Source of the DNA: Vulcanimicrobiota bacterium
GTDB lineage: Bacteria > Vulcanimicrobiota > Vulcanimicrobiia > Vulcanimicrobiales > Vulcanimicrobiaceae
NCBI GenBank assembly: GCA_963723515.1
Contig: CAVRQT010000002.1
Coordinates: 576,001-640,000, forward strand
Length of the DNA stretch: 64,000 bases
Direction of reading: 5' to 3'
Shown: positions 1-11,417 of the stretch, piece after piece
Layout: each line of letters starts with the position of its first letter
Position numbering within the stretch: position 1 is the stretch's first letter
Position numbers and translations under genes: made by a program
Notes under the pieces: generated by a model
Database searches by the model: none
Seen by the model: the letters and a program-made list of their open reading frames with translations, nothing else
What the model was told of the DNA's origin: nothing

Positions 1-58
1 TGCGTCGCGCTGCGCGCAACGCCTGGCGCTCCAGCCAAACTAAGCCAAGCTGGCCCCG

Positions 59-1306
59 CTACGGTACGTCAAAGCGCGCCGTCAGCTCGCGGACGCGACC
101 GCGCAGAGCCTGAACCTTTGTCCCCGTTTCGATGTCGGAAAGCCCTTCGATAATGATGCGCGCCACTTCACGCGACTCTTCGATGCCGAAGCCGCGGGTG
201 GTGATGGCCGGCGTGCCGATCCGGATGCCGCTTGCGACCATCGGCTTCTGTTGATCGTATGGGATTGCGTTCTTGTTTACCGTGATGCTGATGCGGTCCA
301 GATACTCCTCGACGGCTTTACCCGTCAGATTTTTCACCGACAGATCGACCAGCAACAGATGCGTGTCCGTGCCGCCGCCGACCAAACGCAGGCCGCCGCG
401 CATGAATTCTTCGCCGATGGTGCGCGCGTTGTCGACGACAGCTTGCTGATATGCCTTAAAATCCGGCTGCATCGCCTCGCCGAATGCGACCGCTTTGGCA
501 GCAATCATATGCATGAACGGCCCACCCTGAATTCCGGGAAAGACACTCTTGTCGATCGCCTGCGCCCACTTTTGCGTGCACAGAATCAGACCGCCGCGCG
601 GTCCACGCAGCGTTTTGTGCGTTGTGGACGTGACGAAATCCGCGAACGGAACTGGCGAAGGATGCAGTCCAACGGCAACAAGGCCGGCGATGTGTGCCAT
701 ATCGACCATGAGCGTCGCGCCGATCTCATCGGCGATCTGACGGAAGGGGGCATACTCCATAGTTCGCGGATAGGCGCTCGCACCGGCGATAATCATCTTC
801 GGCTTGTGCTCGCGCGCGAGCTTGCGAACTTCATCGAAGTCGATCAGCTCGTTGTCGCGTCGAACGCCGTATGCAATCGCGTGGTAGAGCTTGCCGCTGA
901 AACTGACTTTTGTGCCGTGCGTTAAATGGCCGCCATGCGCGAGCGACATGCCGAGCACCGTATCGCCGGGCTGTAGATGCGCCATGAAGACCGCCATGTT
1001 GGCTTGCGCGCCGGCGTGCGGCTGAACGTTTGCGTGTTCAGCTGCGAAGATTTCTTTGAGGCGTTCGATCGCCAAGCGCTCGGCGACGTCAACGTATTCG
1101 CAACCACCGTAATAGCGCCGACCGGGATAGCCCTCGGCGTATTTGTCGGTCATGACGGAGCCCATCGCTTCACGCACCGCGCGACTCGAGTAGTTTTCGG
1201 AAGCGATCAACTCAAGGTTCTCACGTTGCCGCCGCTGCTCGCCTACGATCGCGGCGTAAACATCAGGATCGCTGCTTTCTAAGTCGGTGCGCTCAAGAGT
1301 TTCCAT
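59..1306 (-). CDS. glyA: Serine hydroxymethyltransferase
   Basis: [20 protein letters not shown] and [13 protein letters not shown] (PLP lysine) motifs; 415 aa. Confidence 0.98.
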   Translation of the reverse strand: METLERTDLESSDPDVYAAIVGEQRRQRENLELIASENYSSRAVREAMGSVMTDKYAEGYPGRRYYGGCEYVDVAERLAIERLKEIFAAEHANVQPHAGAQANMAVFMAHLQPGDTVLGMSLAHGGHLTHGTKVSFSGKLYHAIAYGVRRDNELIDFDEVRKLAREHKPKMIIAGASAYPRTMEYAPFRQIADEIGATLMVDMAHIAGLVAVGLHPSPVPFADFVTSTTHKTLRGPRGGLILCTQKWAQAIDKSVFPGIQGGPFMHMIAAKAVAFGEAMQPDFKAYQQAVVDNARTIGEEFMRGGLRLVGGGTDTHLLLVDLSVKNLTGKAVEEYLDRISITVNKNAIPYDQQKPMVASGIRIGTPAITTRGFGIEESREVARIIIEGLSDIETGTKVQALRGRVRELTARFDVP

Positions 1307-1312
1307 GAGATG

Positions 1313-1667
1313 TTAGCTCCTTGGCGACAAGCTCCGTTGCGGCTGGCTCAAAAACGTTACGGCGAGTCCGAACCAGCCGAGGTCCAGAGCACCGAACCGC
1401 CATGAGTAATCCTTGAACATGGCAATCATCGCAGCAATTAAAATCATCATGTTTACTGTCATGATAGTGCCGAGCAGCGCGCCGGGCATCCTAATGAATG
1501 GCGCTCCGTTTTGGCGCCACTGAACGAATCTAAATGCGGTGGCACCGAACAAACCGATTACAGCGCAAAACCGGCCCGCATCGAACCAGGGCTCAGGGAT
1601 GAACGACAAAATGGCGCCAGCAGAGTGCGAAAACCAGCGTAAACCATCCGAGAGCTTCGATTATCAC
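1313..1667 (-). CDS. Small membrane protein of unknown function. Probable start is a GTG overlapping the rpiB stop, with one frameshift near 1622.
   Basis: ORF 1313..1609 is hydrophobic (3-4 TM-like segments); the adjacent frame upstream reads MIIEALGWFTLVFAL. Confidence 0.55.
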
Positions 1668-2182
1668 GTCGGCAAGAGATCTTTCGGAGTTTCGGCGCCC
1701 GTCACTTTGCCCGTTTCAAGTGCCTTCAGCGTGCGGTTTTTCCACGTTTGCGTGTACTCGAAAAGTTTGTCGACGCGTTCGCGATGCCGTCCCTCGTCGA
1801 ACGGCGTTTCAAGAAAGATCTGCAAGAGCCGCTCGACCATCTCCCAACCCGTCAACCGTTCCGAAAGCGCCAGCACGTTCGCGTCATTGTGCCGGCGCGC
1901 AAGTTCTGCGGAATACGGTTCGGTAACCGGCGCGCACCGCACGCCCGGCACTTTGTTCGCCGCCATCGCGATTCCGAGACTCGAGCCGCAAACAACGATT
2001 CCACGATCCGCTTGTCCGCTGGCGACCGCTTCACCGACCGCATAGCCGTAGTCCGGATAATCAACCGGCGTGGAATCCCACGTTCCAAAATCGGTAATCG
2101 TGTGCCCTTGATCGCGCAGAATTTTGACGATGCTATCCTTATATTCATATCCGGCGTGATCGGCGGCGAGTGCAATTCTCAA
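1664..2182 (-). CDS. rpiB: Ribose-5-phosphate isomerase B
   Basis: DHAG, DYPD, CGSSLG, ANKVPGVR, HNDAN and GRHRERV motifs. Confidence 0.95.
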   Translation of the reverse strand: MRIALAADHAGYEYKDSIVKILRDQGHTITDFGTWDSTPVDYPDYGYAVGEAVASGQADRGIVVCGSSLGIAMAANKVPGVRCAPVTEPYSAELARRHNDANVLALSERLTGWEMVERLLQIFLETPFDEGRHRERVDKLFEYTQTWKNRTLKALETGKVTGAETPKDLLPT

Positions 2183-2223
2183 GCGAAGGGCTCTCCTTTG
2201 AGCGGTCGAAACCCGGTGCGCCT

Positions 2224-2967
2224 ATGAAGCTGGCTTGCGCAAGCACGTCGTTCGCTCGAGCGTTTCAAAACGGTGACTTGACGCAACTCGAATGGCTCGA
2301 TTGGTGTTCGCGCGAGCTCGTTGACGGCGTGGTTTGCGATATAGAGCATTTTCCCCGATTCGATAGTGACTACCTCGCCCAAGTCAAGAAGGTGGCCGCC
2401 GACTGCGGGCTGACGGTTGCGGCGGTATGGTCACGTGATTTCTTTTCACGCGATGCAAGCGCAATGCAATCGGCGCTGCAGTTGGCCGATACGATCGGCG
2501 CGCCGCTGCTGAGCGCGCCAATGCAAAGTGAGGTGCAAACGTCGTGGCCGCAAGCAATGCAGCGCGTTAGCGTCGCGGTGCGTCTTGCAAAAACAACGAA
2601 CATCACGCTTGCAGCGCGTAATCAAGCGAATACGCTCGTCGCAGGCGGTCACGAGCTCAAGCGTCTCTCGAAGGAAGCCGACAGTGCATGGCTTCGCTAC
2701 GCCCTCGAAGTTGATGCGTTGGATGTGGCAAGCGAGCCGCGCGATTTGTTGGAAAAGACCGTGATGCTCTGGCACGTCCATGAGGCCGCGGAAATCGACA
2801 GCGACGAGTTTCCGAAAACAAGACGCACCCTCGATCTCGCCGATCGTTTCCACGGCTTTCTCACGATCGACATTGCAGGCGGCGCCGCGGATGCCGCGAC
2901 GATGCGTAATGCGCTGCGCAAATGGCGGACGCTGATCGCCGAAGATCTCTTAGGGGAAGGTCTCTAA
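2224..2967 (+). CDS. Xylose-isomerase-like TIM-barrel protein (sugar phosphate isomerase/epimerase family), divergent
   Basis: MKLACASTSF start, Y-L-x-x-V-K-K-x-A-x-x-x-G-L pattern, NITLAARN; metal ligands look degenerate. Confidence 0.65.
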   Translation: MKLACASTSFARAFQNGDLTQLEWLDWCSRELVDGVVCDIEHFPRFDSDYLAQVKKVAADCGLTVAAVWSRDFFSRDASAMQSALQLADTIGAPLLSAPMQSEVQTSWPQAMQRVSVAVRLAKTTNITLAARNQANTLVAGGHELKRLSKEADSAWLRYALEVDALDVASEPRDLLEKTVMLWHVHEAAEIDSDEFPKTRRTLDLADRFHGFLTIDIAGGAADAATMRNALRKWRTLIAEDLLGEGL

Positions 2968-2989
2968 GAGACCCCATCTGGGGTTCTTA
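2966..2989. terminator. Hairpin between the convergent TIM-barrel gene and 6S RNA
   Basis: AGAGACCCCA-TC-TGGGGTTCTT inverted repeat next to an A/T run. Confidence 0.5.
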
Positions 2990-2994
2990 ATAAA

Positions 2995-3172
2995 AAGCAC
3001 CGACCGCACGTAGCGTCTGCCGTGCTTGGTTTGAACCTGCTTTCTCGCAGGTGGGTGCGGCCCGGGCGCCAGGTTGCGCAATGCACTCCTGTCGTTACCG
3101 GAGCTGATGCTCCCTAAGGGTCTCTCTGGGTCCAAGACCGTGCACGGTGCGCGCTATGCGCAGTCGATGCTT
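2995..3172 (-). ncRNA. ssrS: 6S RNA
   Basis: About 178-nt rod. The 5' end AAGCATCGACTGCGCATAGCG pairs with the 3' end CGCTACGTGCGGTCGGTGCTT. Contains CACCCACCTGCGAGAAAGCAGGTTCAAA, typical of Terrabacteria 6S. TGgTACCTT extended -10 lies just upstream and a T-run downstream. Confidence 0.85.
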
Positions 3173-3257
3173 CCAAGGTACCACCTCAGTCAAGCCGTTC
3201 GCACCGCCAGCGCGACTGTGCCGTTGCCCAGAAGCGCTTACGACGTGAAAGGCGTTC

Positions 3258-3716
3258 GTGCGCATCTTTCATGGAACGCTCGACGTTAGCGCTCGCGGCA
3301 ACGCCGCTTACGTTGAGGCACGGCGCTATCTGTGCCGCGATCCGCTCGCACGGTCGCTCTTTTCAAAACTCGAGCATGCACCGCATCACCTGCATCTGCG
3401 GCTGAACTCCCGCGACGACGATTCCTACGATGCGAATACGCGCACGATCCATTGGGATCCGCACAGCGCGCTGCGTACGACGAGCGGTGGCCGACAATCG
3501 CCGGCGCTTGGATTGGGACATGAAGCGGATCACGCGACCGTTGCAACCGCGATTCGAGACGCCGATGTCGTGCGGCGTCTTCCCGCGTACGACAATCTAG
3601 AAGAGCGGCGCGTCATTTTGGGCAGCGAGCGTCACGCCGCGCATACGCTGCATGAAGCCGTACGATATGACCATCGTGGACGCTGTTATCGCGTAGCAAC
3701 GCCGACGAGCCGTTAA
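3258..3716 (+). CDS. Small HExxH zinc metallopeptidase, M91-like
   Basis: PALGLGHEADH zinc motif followed by NLEERRVI and an R-Y-x-H tail. Confidence 0.65.
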   Translation: MRIFHGTLDVSARGNAAYVEARRYLCRDPLARSLFSKLEHAPHHLHLRLNSRDDDSYDANTRTIHWDPHSALRTTSGGRQSPALGLGHEADHATVATAIRDADVVRRLPAYDNLEERRVILGSERHAAHTLHEAVRYDHRGRCYRVATPTSR

Positions 3717-3751
3717 AGCCGAGGAGCAAACCGAGTCGCCTGGAAACCGCG

Positions 3752-3915
3752 AGTGTGCCGTCCCGTGAGTCTGTTGCCCTTATCCGCTCCCGATTTTTTT
3801 GCGAATCGAGGCGCGAGGAAGGCGCAACGCCGAAGCGTTGTGACTGAGGAGCAACGATGAAGCGCGACAAAAGCGGGGCGGAGAAGGGTGACGTGACTCA
3901 CGGGGCGGCGCACTA
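3752..3915. mobile_element. MITE-like element with long imperfect terminal inverted repeats
   Basis: AGTGTGCCGTCCCGTGAGTC... pairs with ...GACTCACGGGGCGGCGCACT; arms extend about 55-60 nt; right end CACTAG; no coding capacity. Confidence 0.7.
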
Positions 3916-4930
3916 GTGCTGGCGCTGCGGTTAAACGAACTCGAATTGCCTCTCGTCCATCCCTTTAAGATCGCGCGAAGCGAAGAATCGGTCGCGCGCA
4001 CCGTTGTCTTCCGGGTGAACTGGCACGGTACCGAAGGCCTCGGTGAATCGGCCCCGACGCAGCGGTATGCAGAATCGTTTGCGTCGATCTCACTGTGGTA
4101 CGAAAAAAATGCGCTTCGCGCCGACACTCCGTACCGGCTCGAGACGCTGCTCGCTGGGATTCCGCCGGCGGCGCGCTGCGGCCTCGACATCGCCCTGCAC
4201 GATCTGATCGGAAGAGACACCGGCAAGCCGCTCTACGAGTTATTAGGACTGGATCCTGAAAATACGCCGGTGACATCGTTCACCGTCGGAATTGCTGATA
4301 AAGAAGTTACACTTCTAAAGGTCGCGCGAGATCGGCAACCATCCCGTTATGAAGCTCAAACTCGGTCTTGGAACGGCGCAAGAGCAAATCGAGACCGTCG
4401 AGTTGGTACGCTCGCGCTACAACGGAACGATGCGCATCGACGCAAACGAGGCATGGACGCCGGAGAGCGCCGTAGCGATTCTTAAAGCGCTGGAACGATT
4501 CGAGATCGAGTTTTGCGAGCAGCCCATCCCCGCCGGCAGTCCCGAAAAATTGCGCTACATCAAAGAGCGTGTACGAATTCCGATCGTTACGGATGAGGAT
4601 TCGAAAGACGCTTCGGATTTGCCGGCGCTCTATCGCTGCGTTGACGGCATCAACGTCAAGCTCGTCAAGTGCGGGGGCATTCGCGCCGGTCTGGCAATGA
4701 TTCATACAGCGCGCGCGATGGGATTCAAAATCATGCTCGGATGCATGGTCGAAAGCGCGATTCTCTCCACCGCGGCGGCGCATCTTTCGCCGCTCGTCGA
4801 TTGGGCCGACATCGATGGGCCGTTCTTGACCGCGCACGATCCATTCGCCGGCGTCACCTATGACAACGGAAAGTTGGTGTTGCCCAACGGTCCGGGGCTC
4901 GGAGTCCATGAACTTAGCCCCGTCGCCTGA
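3916..4930 (+). CDS. Dipeptide epimerase / DgcA-like enolase-superfamily racemase (frameshift near 4325)
   Basis: PFKIAR, GLGES, KLKLG, RIDANEAW, EQP, DE, NVKLVKCGG, GCMVES and DIDG motifs over two ORFs. Confidence 0.9.
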
Positions 4931-5988
4931 GAAGCGGCGCTACTTAATTCTAGCCCCGGGCGAGTTCGCGACGAGCGCAAAAACCGCGCACGGCATCATT
5001 CGCTACGGCCATGATGAAACGGTCGCGGTCGTCGATCCCGACAACGCCGGGAAAACCGTGCGGGAGGTGCTGCCGTATCTGAACAGCGACGCACCGATCG
5101 TTGCAGATGTAGAAAGCGGCCTCAGATACAATCCGACATCGCTCTTAATCGGCGTCGCTCCCGTCGGCGGTGCGCTTCCACAGACGTGGCGCAGCGAAAT
5201 CCTCAAGGCGCTCGACGGCAAAGCTCGAAATCGTCAGCGGTTTGCACGAACTGCTGGGCGAGGATCCGGAATTTTCCGCCGCCGCAAAAATAAGCGGCAG
5301 CCGCATCTGGGACGTGCGAGTGCCGCCGCCGGTACCGCTTTTCTCCGGTGCGGCATACGACGTCGCTCCGCCGATCCTGCTCACGGTCGGCAGCGATTGC
5401 GCCGTCGGCAAGCTCACTGTTTCGCTTGAAATCGTGCGCGCGGCTTGCGAGCATGGCGTGCGCGCGACGCTCGCACCAACGGGACAAACCGGAATCATGA
5501 TTGCCGGCTGGGGCATCTGCATCGATCGCGTCATTTCGGACTTTGCTCCGGGGGCTGCGGAAATGCTCGTTTTAGAAGCGGCCAAAGCAGAGCGAGCTTA
5601 TCGTCGTGGAAGGCCAGGGCGGCATCAACCATCCGGCGTATGCGCCGGTCACCTTGGCGTTGCTCTACGGCGCGGCACCGGACGCGCTGCTCTTGGTCGA
5701 TGATCCGATGCGTAAAACGCTCGAAGGCGGCTTTCCCGACGCCGCGGCTTCCTTGGGACAACTTGATCGAACTGTACGAATCATTGACCGCGGCGGTTAA
5801 GCCGGCCAAAGTCGTCGGCATCGCGCTCAATACCTTTCGCATGTCATCGCACGAAGCGCGCAAAGAAATCGAGCGCGCGCGGGCGGAAACGTCGCTGCCT
5901 GTCGACGACGTCGTTCGCAACGGGCCACACGCGCCTTTACGAAGCAATCGCACCTCACCTCAAAAAGCAGCGGCGATTGGTCGCGTGA
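4908..5988 (+). CDS. DUF1611 family protein (DgcN-like N-acetyltransferase), several frameshifts
   Basis: KTAHGIIRY, GVAPVGG, SGLH, TVGSDCAVGK, TGQTGIMI and EGQG motifs across frames. Confidence 0.88.
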
Positions 5989-7648
5989 CTTCACGCAGTC
6001 TGCGCATGCTTGCAGTTTGCGCCGTTCTGGCGCTTGGTCGCGCCTGCACGAAAGCATACACGCCGCAAAAGAACGGCGCCGGATTGAATCCCTGGACACT
6101 TCCTGGAACGTTGCGCATCGGGATTCCGGACGAGCCCGACAACCTCAATCCGATGTTCGCACATACGGCCGAGACCGATGAAGTCGATCAGCTGATCTTT
6201 GCGCCGCTCTTTCGCTATGACGATCGCGGCGAGTTCTATCCTGAACTGGCGATCGTCGTGCCAAGTTACCGCAACGGCGGCATCAGTGCGGATGGACGCG
6301 ACGATAACGATCCACATCCGGCATGGCGTGAAGTGGGCGGACGGCGCGCCGTTGACGGCGCGCGACTTTCGCTTCATGTATCGTGCCGTCATGAACAACG
6401 CGAACAATACGAAGCTTCGCTTCGGATGGGACAACGTCGCCTCGCTAAGGTTGCCGGACGACTACACGATCGTCGTGCGTCTCAAAGCGCCGAATGCCGA
6501 TTTTCTCGGCAATCTCGCAAGCGGTGGAGCGGCGTATCCGCCGCTGCCCGAGCATCTACTGGCGAAGCTGGCGGACCTTAACCATGCGGCCTTCAACAGC
6601 TCGCCGCTTTCGAGCGGGCCGTGGATCCTGCAGACGTGGAATCACGGCAGCTCGCTCGAGTTCGTTCCAAATCGCAACTACTGGCGTGGGCCGCCGAAAC
6701 TCACCCACCTAACGTTGCGAGTGCTTCCGAATGCCGATACGCAACTCGCGCAACTTCAGACCCACGAAATCGACGTGTATCCCGGCGTCAACGAAGATCA
6801 GATCGATCGCGTCAAGAGTATTCCGGGCATCATCGCGCAGCAGCGTCTGGTCGCAAACTGGCGGCACGTCGCTTTCAATACGCGCCGGCCGCAGCTCTCA
6901 GATGCTCGCGTGCGCTTAGCGATCGCCGAGGCGGTCGATTGGGACCGCATTCTCTCGACGATTTACCACGGCGTCAATATCCGCGCCCACTCGGATGTCT
7001 ATCCGAAAGTCATGGGCCGCACCGACGATTCGCGCTCTACAAATACGATCCGAACGATGCGCGCCAGCTCTTGAGCGCGGCCGGTTGGAAGATGGGCAGC
7101 GACGGCGTCTTGCATAAAGGTCCCGTCGCGATGCGCGTAACGCTTTCCGCAACAACCGCAACGCATGCCAACGAACAGACCGAAGTGCAAATTCAGCAGG
7201 ATCTCAAGCCGCTCGGCATCGCGATCGAAATCAAGAATTATCCGACGAGTCTGATGTTCGCGCAAAGCGGTCCACTCTATACCGGCAATTACGATATGGA
7301 GTGGTCGATCGATACGAATGGACCGGATCCCGACAACGAAGGACTATGGAGCGGCCGCTTCATTCCACCGAAAGGCGCGAACACGAGCTGGATCAACGAT
7401 CCGGTGATCAACGAAGCGTCGCATGCGGCGATTTTGACCTACGACCGCGCCAAGCGCAAAGCGCTCTATCAAAAGGAAGAAGATCGTATTCACGAGCTCG
7501 TCCCCGCAATCTTCATCTATTGGGAGAACCAGTACAACGCTTGGAACAGCGATCTGCGCAACTACAAACCGGCGCCGTTCATCGCGAACAACTGGAACTC
7601 GTGGCAGTGGCAACTGGGGCCTCGGCACCGCTCAGGACAAGCGCTAGA
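5985..7648 (+). CDS. Peptide ABC transporter substrate-binding protein (family 5), frameshifted; end approximate
   Basis: Signal/lipobox-like N-terminus; PDNLNP, GVKWADGAPLTARD, SGPW, NYWRG and DARVRLAIAEAVD motifs. Confidence 0.88.
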
Positions 7649-8509
7649 TCGCACTAACGGTCGCCGGCGCGTCGTCCGAAGGCGCAACGCTCTATTGCGA
7701 GCCAGCCCGCGAAGCGATCGTCAGTTGGAATACGCGCACGCCAAACGGTGAACTGTACGTGCAACTGTTGCGGGCGCATCAGCCCGACGGCTCATGGCTG
7801 CCGCATGCGCATTGGTCGCCAAGCGGCCGTCACTCCTTTAGCGCGAAAGACGGCGACACCGTCATTGAGACAGACGTCTTACGCACGCAACGTCCGTTCG
7901 ACGGCGTGCGCGTTCAGGCAAAGGACGTACAATTCGACCGCATCGCGCTCGCGACGCCGGCGCGTAACACGCGATCGGCGCAAACGAACCCGAGCCGCAA
8001 TCGAGCTCGATGTGCCGCCCCGCACGCAGTACGTCAACGAAGAGCGCGGCTGGTGCAGTCCCGCAAGCCTCTCGATGGTGCACGCCTTTTTCGGCCACGA
8101 TTTCGACGTTGCAAGCACGGCACGCGCGATTTTCGATTACGCCTACAACGGCACGGGCAACTGGGCATTCAACGTCGCCTTCAGCGGCGAGCTCGGCTTG
8201 CAAGCGGTCGTGGCATATCTGGACGATCTCGACCATGCACGGCGCTTCTTGGAACGCGGCGTGCCGGTCATTATGTCATACAGTTGGCGCGCGGGTGAAT
8301 TGCCGGGCGCGCCGATCGAACACTCTGACGGGCACATCGCCGTCTTACGCGGCTTCGACACTGAAGGAAATTGCTTGATCAACGATCCTGCGCATCCCAA
8401 AGTGCGCGTGACCTATCCGCGCGAAGCGATCGAACGGATTTGGCAGCGCAACAAGGGCGTCTCGTACATCGTCGCACCGCCGGCGACTTCTCTCGTATCC
8501 CTCTTCTAA
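7606..8509 (+). CDS. Peptidase C39-like family protein, frameshifted in the 5' half; start approximate
   Basis: Q...GWCSPASLSMV (Cys), GNWAFN, DGHIAVLRGF (His) and INDP motifs. Confidence 0.8.
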
Positions 8510-8512
8510 GCC

Positions 8513-8988
8513 GTGACGGCGCCGCTGCACATCGTCCTTGTCGAGCCGCAAATTCCGCCCAATACCGGCAACGTCGCCCGGCTCTGCGCGGCGACCGGCT
8601 GCGCGCTGCACCTGGTTGAACCGCTTGGGTTTCGCATTGACGATCGAGAACTCAAGCGCGCCGGATTGGACTATTGGGAAAGCGTGGACCTGCGATTGCA
8701 TGCATCGCTTGAAGAATTCATGAGCATCACGCGATCAAGATCGGCGCTGGTTCTTCTCAACGCGCGGCAAGCGGCGTTACGACAACGCGCGAGTACGGCG
8801 TCGGCGACTTCCTGATCTTCGGAAAGGAGACGACGGGGCTGCCGCAAGAGCTCTTGGTGCGCAACGATGCGCATGCGATGCGCATTCCGATGCGCGGTAG
8901 GGCGGTGCGCAGCTTGAATCTCTCGACGGCAGTCGGAATCGTCGCCTATGCTGCGCTTGCGCAACTGGAATTTCCAAATCTGACCTGA
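8513..8988 (+). CDS. trmL: tRNA (cytidine/uridine-34 2'-O)-methyltransferase, frameshifted
   Basis: PQIPPNTGN, LKRAGLDYW, FGKETTGLP, IPM and RSLNLS SPOUT motifs. Confidence 0.92.
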
Positions 8989-9681
8989 TGCTCGAGCAGA
9001 TCAACAAGCGCGTCATTCGCTGCACGACGCTGCCCCGAGTTGCGAACGTACTGCGCCGAGATCGCGCGCGAGAAGAAACTCGCATTTCGCGATTGGACGT
9101 ACTGGGGCAAACCGGTACCGTCGTTCGGTGATGCCCGCGCGCGGCTGCTGCTCGTCGGCCTTGCGCCGGGCGCCCATGGGTCAAACCGAACAGGGCGGCC
9201 GTTTACCGGCGACGGCTCGGGCGGTTTTCTTTATCCAGCGCTTTTCCGCGCCGGCTTTGCAAATCAGCCGCTGGCGACTTCGCGCGACGACGACTTGGAG
9301 CTCTTGGATTGCGTGATCACGGCGGCGGTGCGTTGTGCGCCGCCGGGCAACAAGCCGACGCCGCAGCAGCTGCGCAACTGCGCCCCATATTTACGGTCGG
9401 AATTTGAAGCGCTCGAGCGCTTGCGGGTGATCGTCGCGCTTGGCGCGATTGCATTGCGAGCGACGATTGCGATGCTTCGGGACGCTTCTTTTACAATCGC
9501 ACCGCAGCACCCGCGATTCGCTCACGGCTCGGAATGCGTCGCGACACGCGACGGATCGAGCATTACCGTCATTGCCTCATTTCACCCGAGCCGCCAAAAC
9601 ACGAATACCGGAAAACTGACCGTTAAGATGTTCGACGACGTCTTCGCGCGCGCTAACGCTCTTTTGGCGCGTCGAGCTTAA
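8988..9681 (+). CDS. Uracil-DNA glycosylase family 5 (UdgB-like), frameshift near 9027
   Basis: GLAPGAHGSNRTGRPFTGD, RCAPPGNKP and HPSRQN motifs; N-terminal Cys pair. Confidence 0.9.
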
Positions 9682-11417
9682 TTCCAAGCTCCTTCAGCAT
9701 CTCCGGCGGCACCGGCGACGGCGTGTTCATCATCACGTCGCGCGCCGCTTGATTCTTCGGAAAGGCTGTTACTTCACGCAAATCTGCTTCGCCGGCTGCG
9801 ATCATCGCGAGCCGGTCGATGCCGAGCGCGATGCCGCCGTGCGGCGGTGTACCGTAGTCAAGCGCACGTAAGAAGAAGCCGAAGCGGTCTTCGATCTGCT
9901 CTTCGCTCATGCCAAGCATACGAAAGATCTTCTTTTGAAACTCCGGCTTGTGAATGCGGATCGATCCACTGCCGAGCTCCCATCCATTAAGCACGAGATC
10001 ATAGTGTTGCGCCCGCATCGAGAGCGGACTGCTCTCGAGCAGACCCCATTGATCGTCGCGCGGCGCAGTGAACGGATGGTGCGCCGGCATTGGCTTTCCC
10101 GTTTGCGGATCAGGTTCGAACAGCGGAAAATCGGTAACCCAGGCAAATCGGAATTGCGATGCGTCGCGCAAGCCGCAACGGTCGCCGACGATGTTGCGCA
10201 TCCTGCCTGCAACATCTAACGTTTTCGTCTTCTCGCCCGCAAACATCAAGACGGCATCGCCCGTCGTGGCTGATACCGCATCGGTAACGGCGGCCGTCGT
10301 TTCGTCGTTCAAGAAGCGGGCAATCGGACTGCGCACACCGCTAGGGTCGAGCGCAATCCAGACGAGACCTTGCGCGCCTTGCTGCTTTGCATCTTCGGTT
10401 AACGCGTCGAACTCACGTCGCGAAAGCCCCGCGCCCGCGGGATAACGCAATCCAATGATGGCGCCGCCTTGCGAACTCGCCTGATCGCGAAAAACTTTGA
10501 ACTCGGAAGTTTGCGAAAGCGGATGAAACATCGCGCAACTCGAGATCGAAGCGCAGGTCAGGCTTATCGGTTCCATAGCGCGCGAGCACTTCGGCATGGC
10601 GAAACCGCGGAAACGGTAGCGGCAGCGCGATGCCTAGAGCGTCTTGCCAAATGTGCGCCATGCCCGCTTCCATGACTTTCAGAACGTCATCTTCACTCAC
10701 AAACGACATCTCGACGTCGATTTGCGTAAACTCCGGTTGCCGATCGGCCCGCAAATCCTCGTCGCGCATACAGCGCGCGATTTGCAAGTACTTGCCGAAG
10801 CCCGCGATCATCAGCAACTGCTTGAGGATCTGCGGCGACTGCGGCAACGCGTAGAAGGAGCCGTGATGCAGGCGGCTCGGCACAAGATAGTCGCGCGCGC
10901 CTTCGGGCGTCGACTTGATCAGCATCGGCGTTTCGATTTCGACGAAATCCCGTGAATCGAAAAAGTCGCGCGTTGCTTTGACGATCCGATGGCGTAACCG
11001 AATGTTCCGCTGCATCCGATGCCTGCGCAGATCGAGGTAGCGATACTCCATGCGCAAATTCTCATCCACGTCCTCATCGCTCCAGATCGGAAACGGTGGA
11101 ACGAGCGCACGGCTATAAATGAGAAGCTCGCCGGCGACGACCTCGATTTCTCCGGTCGGTAGTTTTGCGTTCTCCGTGCCGGCTGGGCGGCGCTGAACGG
11201 CGCCACTGACCCGGACAACATCTTCGTGGCGCAACGATTCAGCCGTTTCGAACGCCGTATTTTCGGGATGAAAGACGACTTGCGTGATACCGGAGTGATC
11301 GCGCAAATCGATGAAGATCAGGCCGCCGTGGTCACGCCGCCGATTGACCCAACCGTCGAGCTCGACCGTCGCGCTATCATCTTCAGCGCGCAACTCGCCG
11401 CATAGCCGCCTACTCAC
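9653..11417 (-). CDS. aspS: Aspartate--tRNA ligase (non-discriminating signature), frameshifted around 10490-10560
   Basis: [43 protein letters not shown] and [12 protein letters not shown] motifs. Confidence 0.97.

Noticed and set aside
2950..3289. Short ORFs 2950..3135 and 3074..3289
   Set aside because: They overlap the predicted 6S RNA and have no protein motifs.
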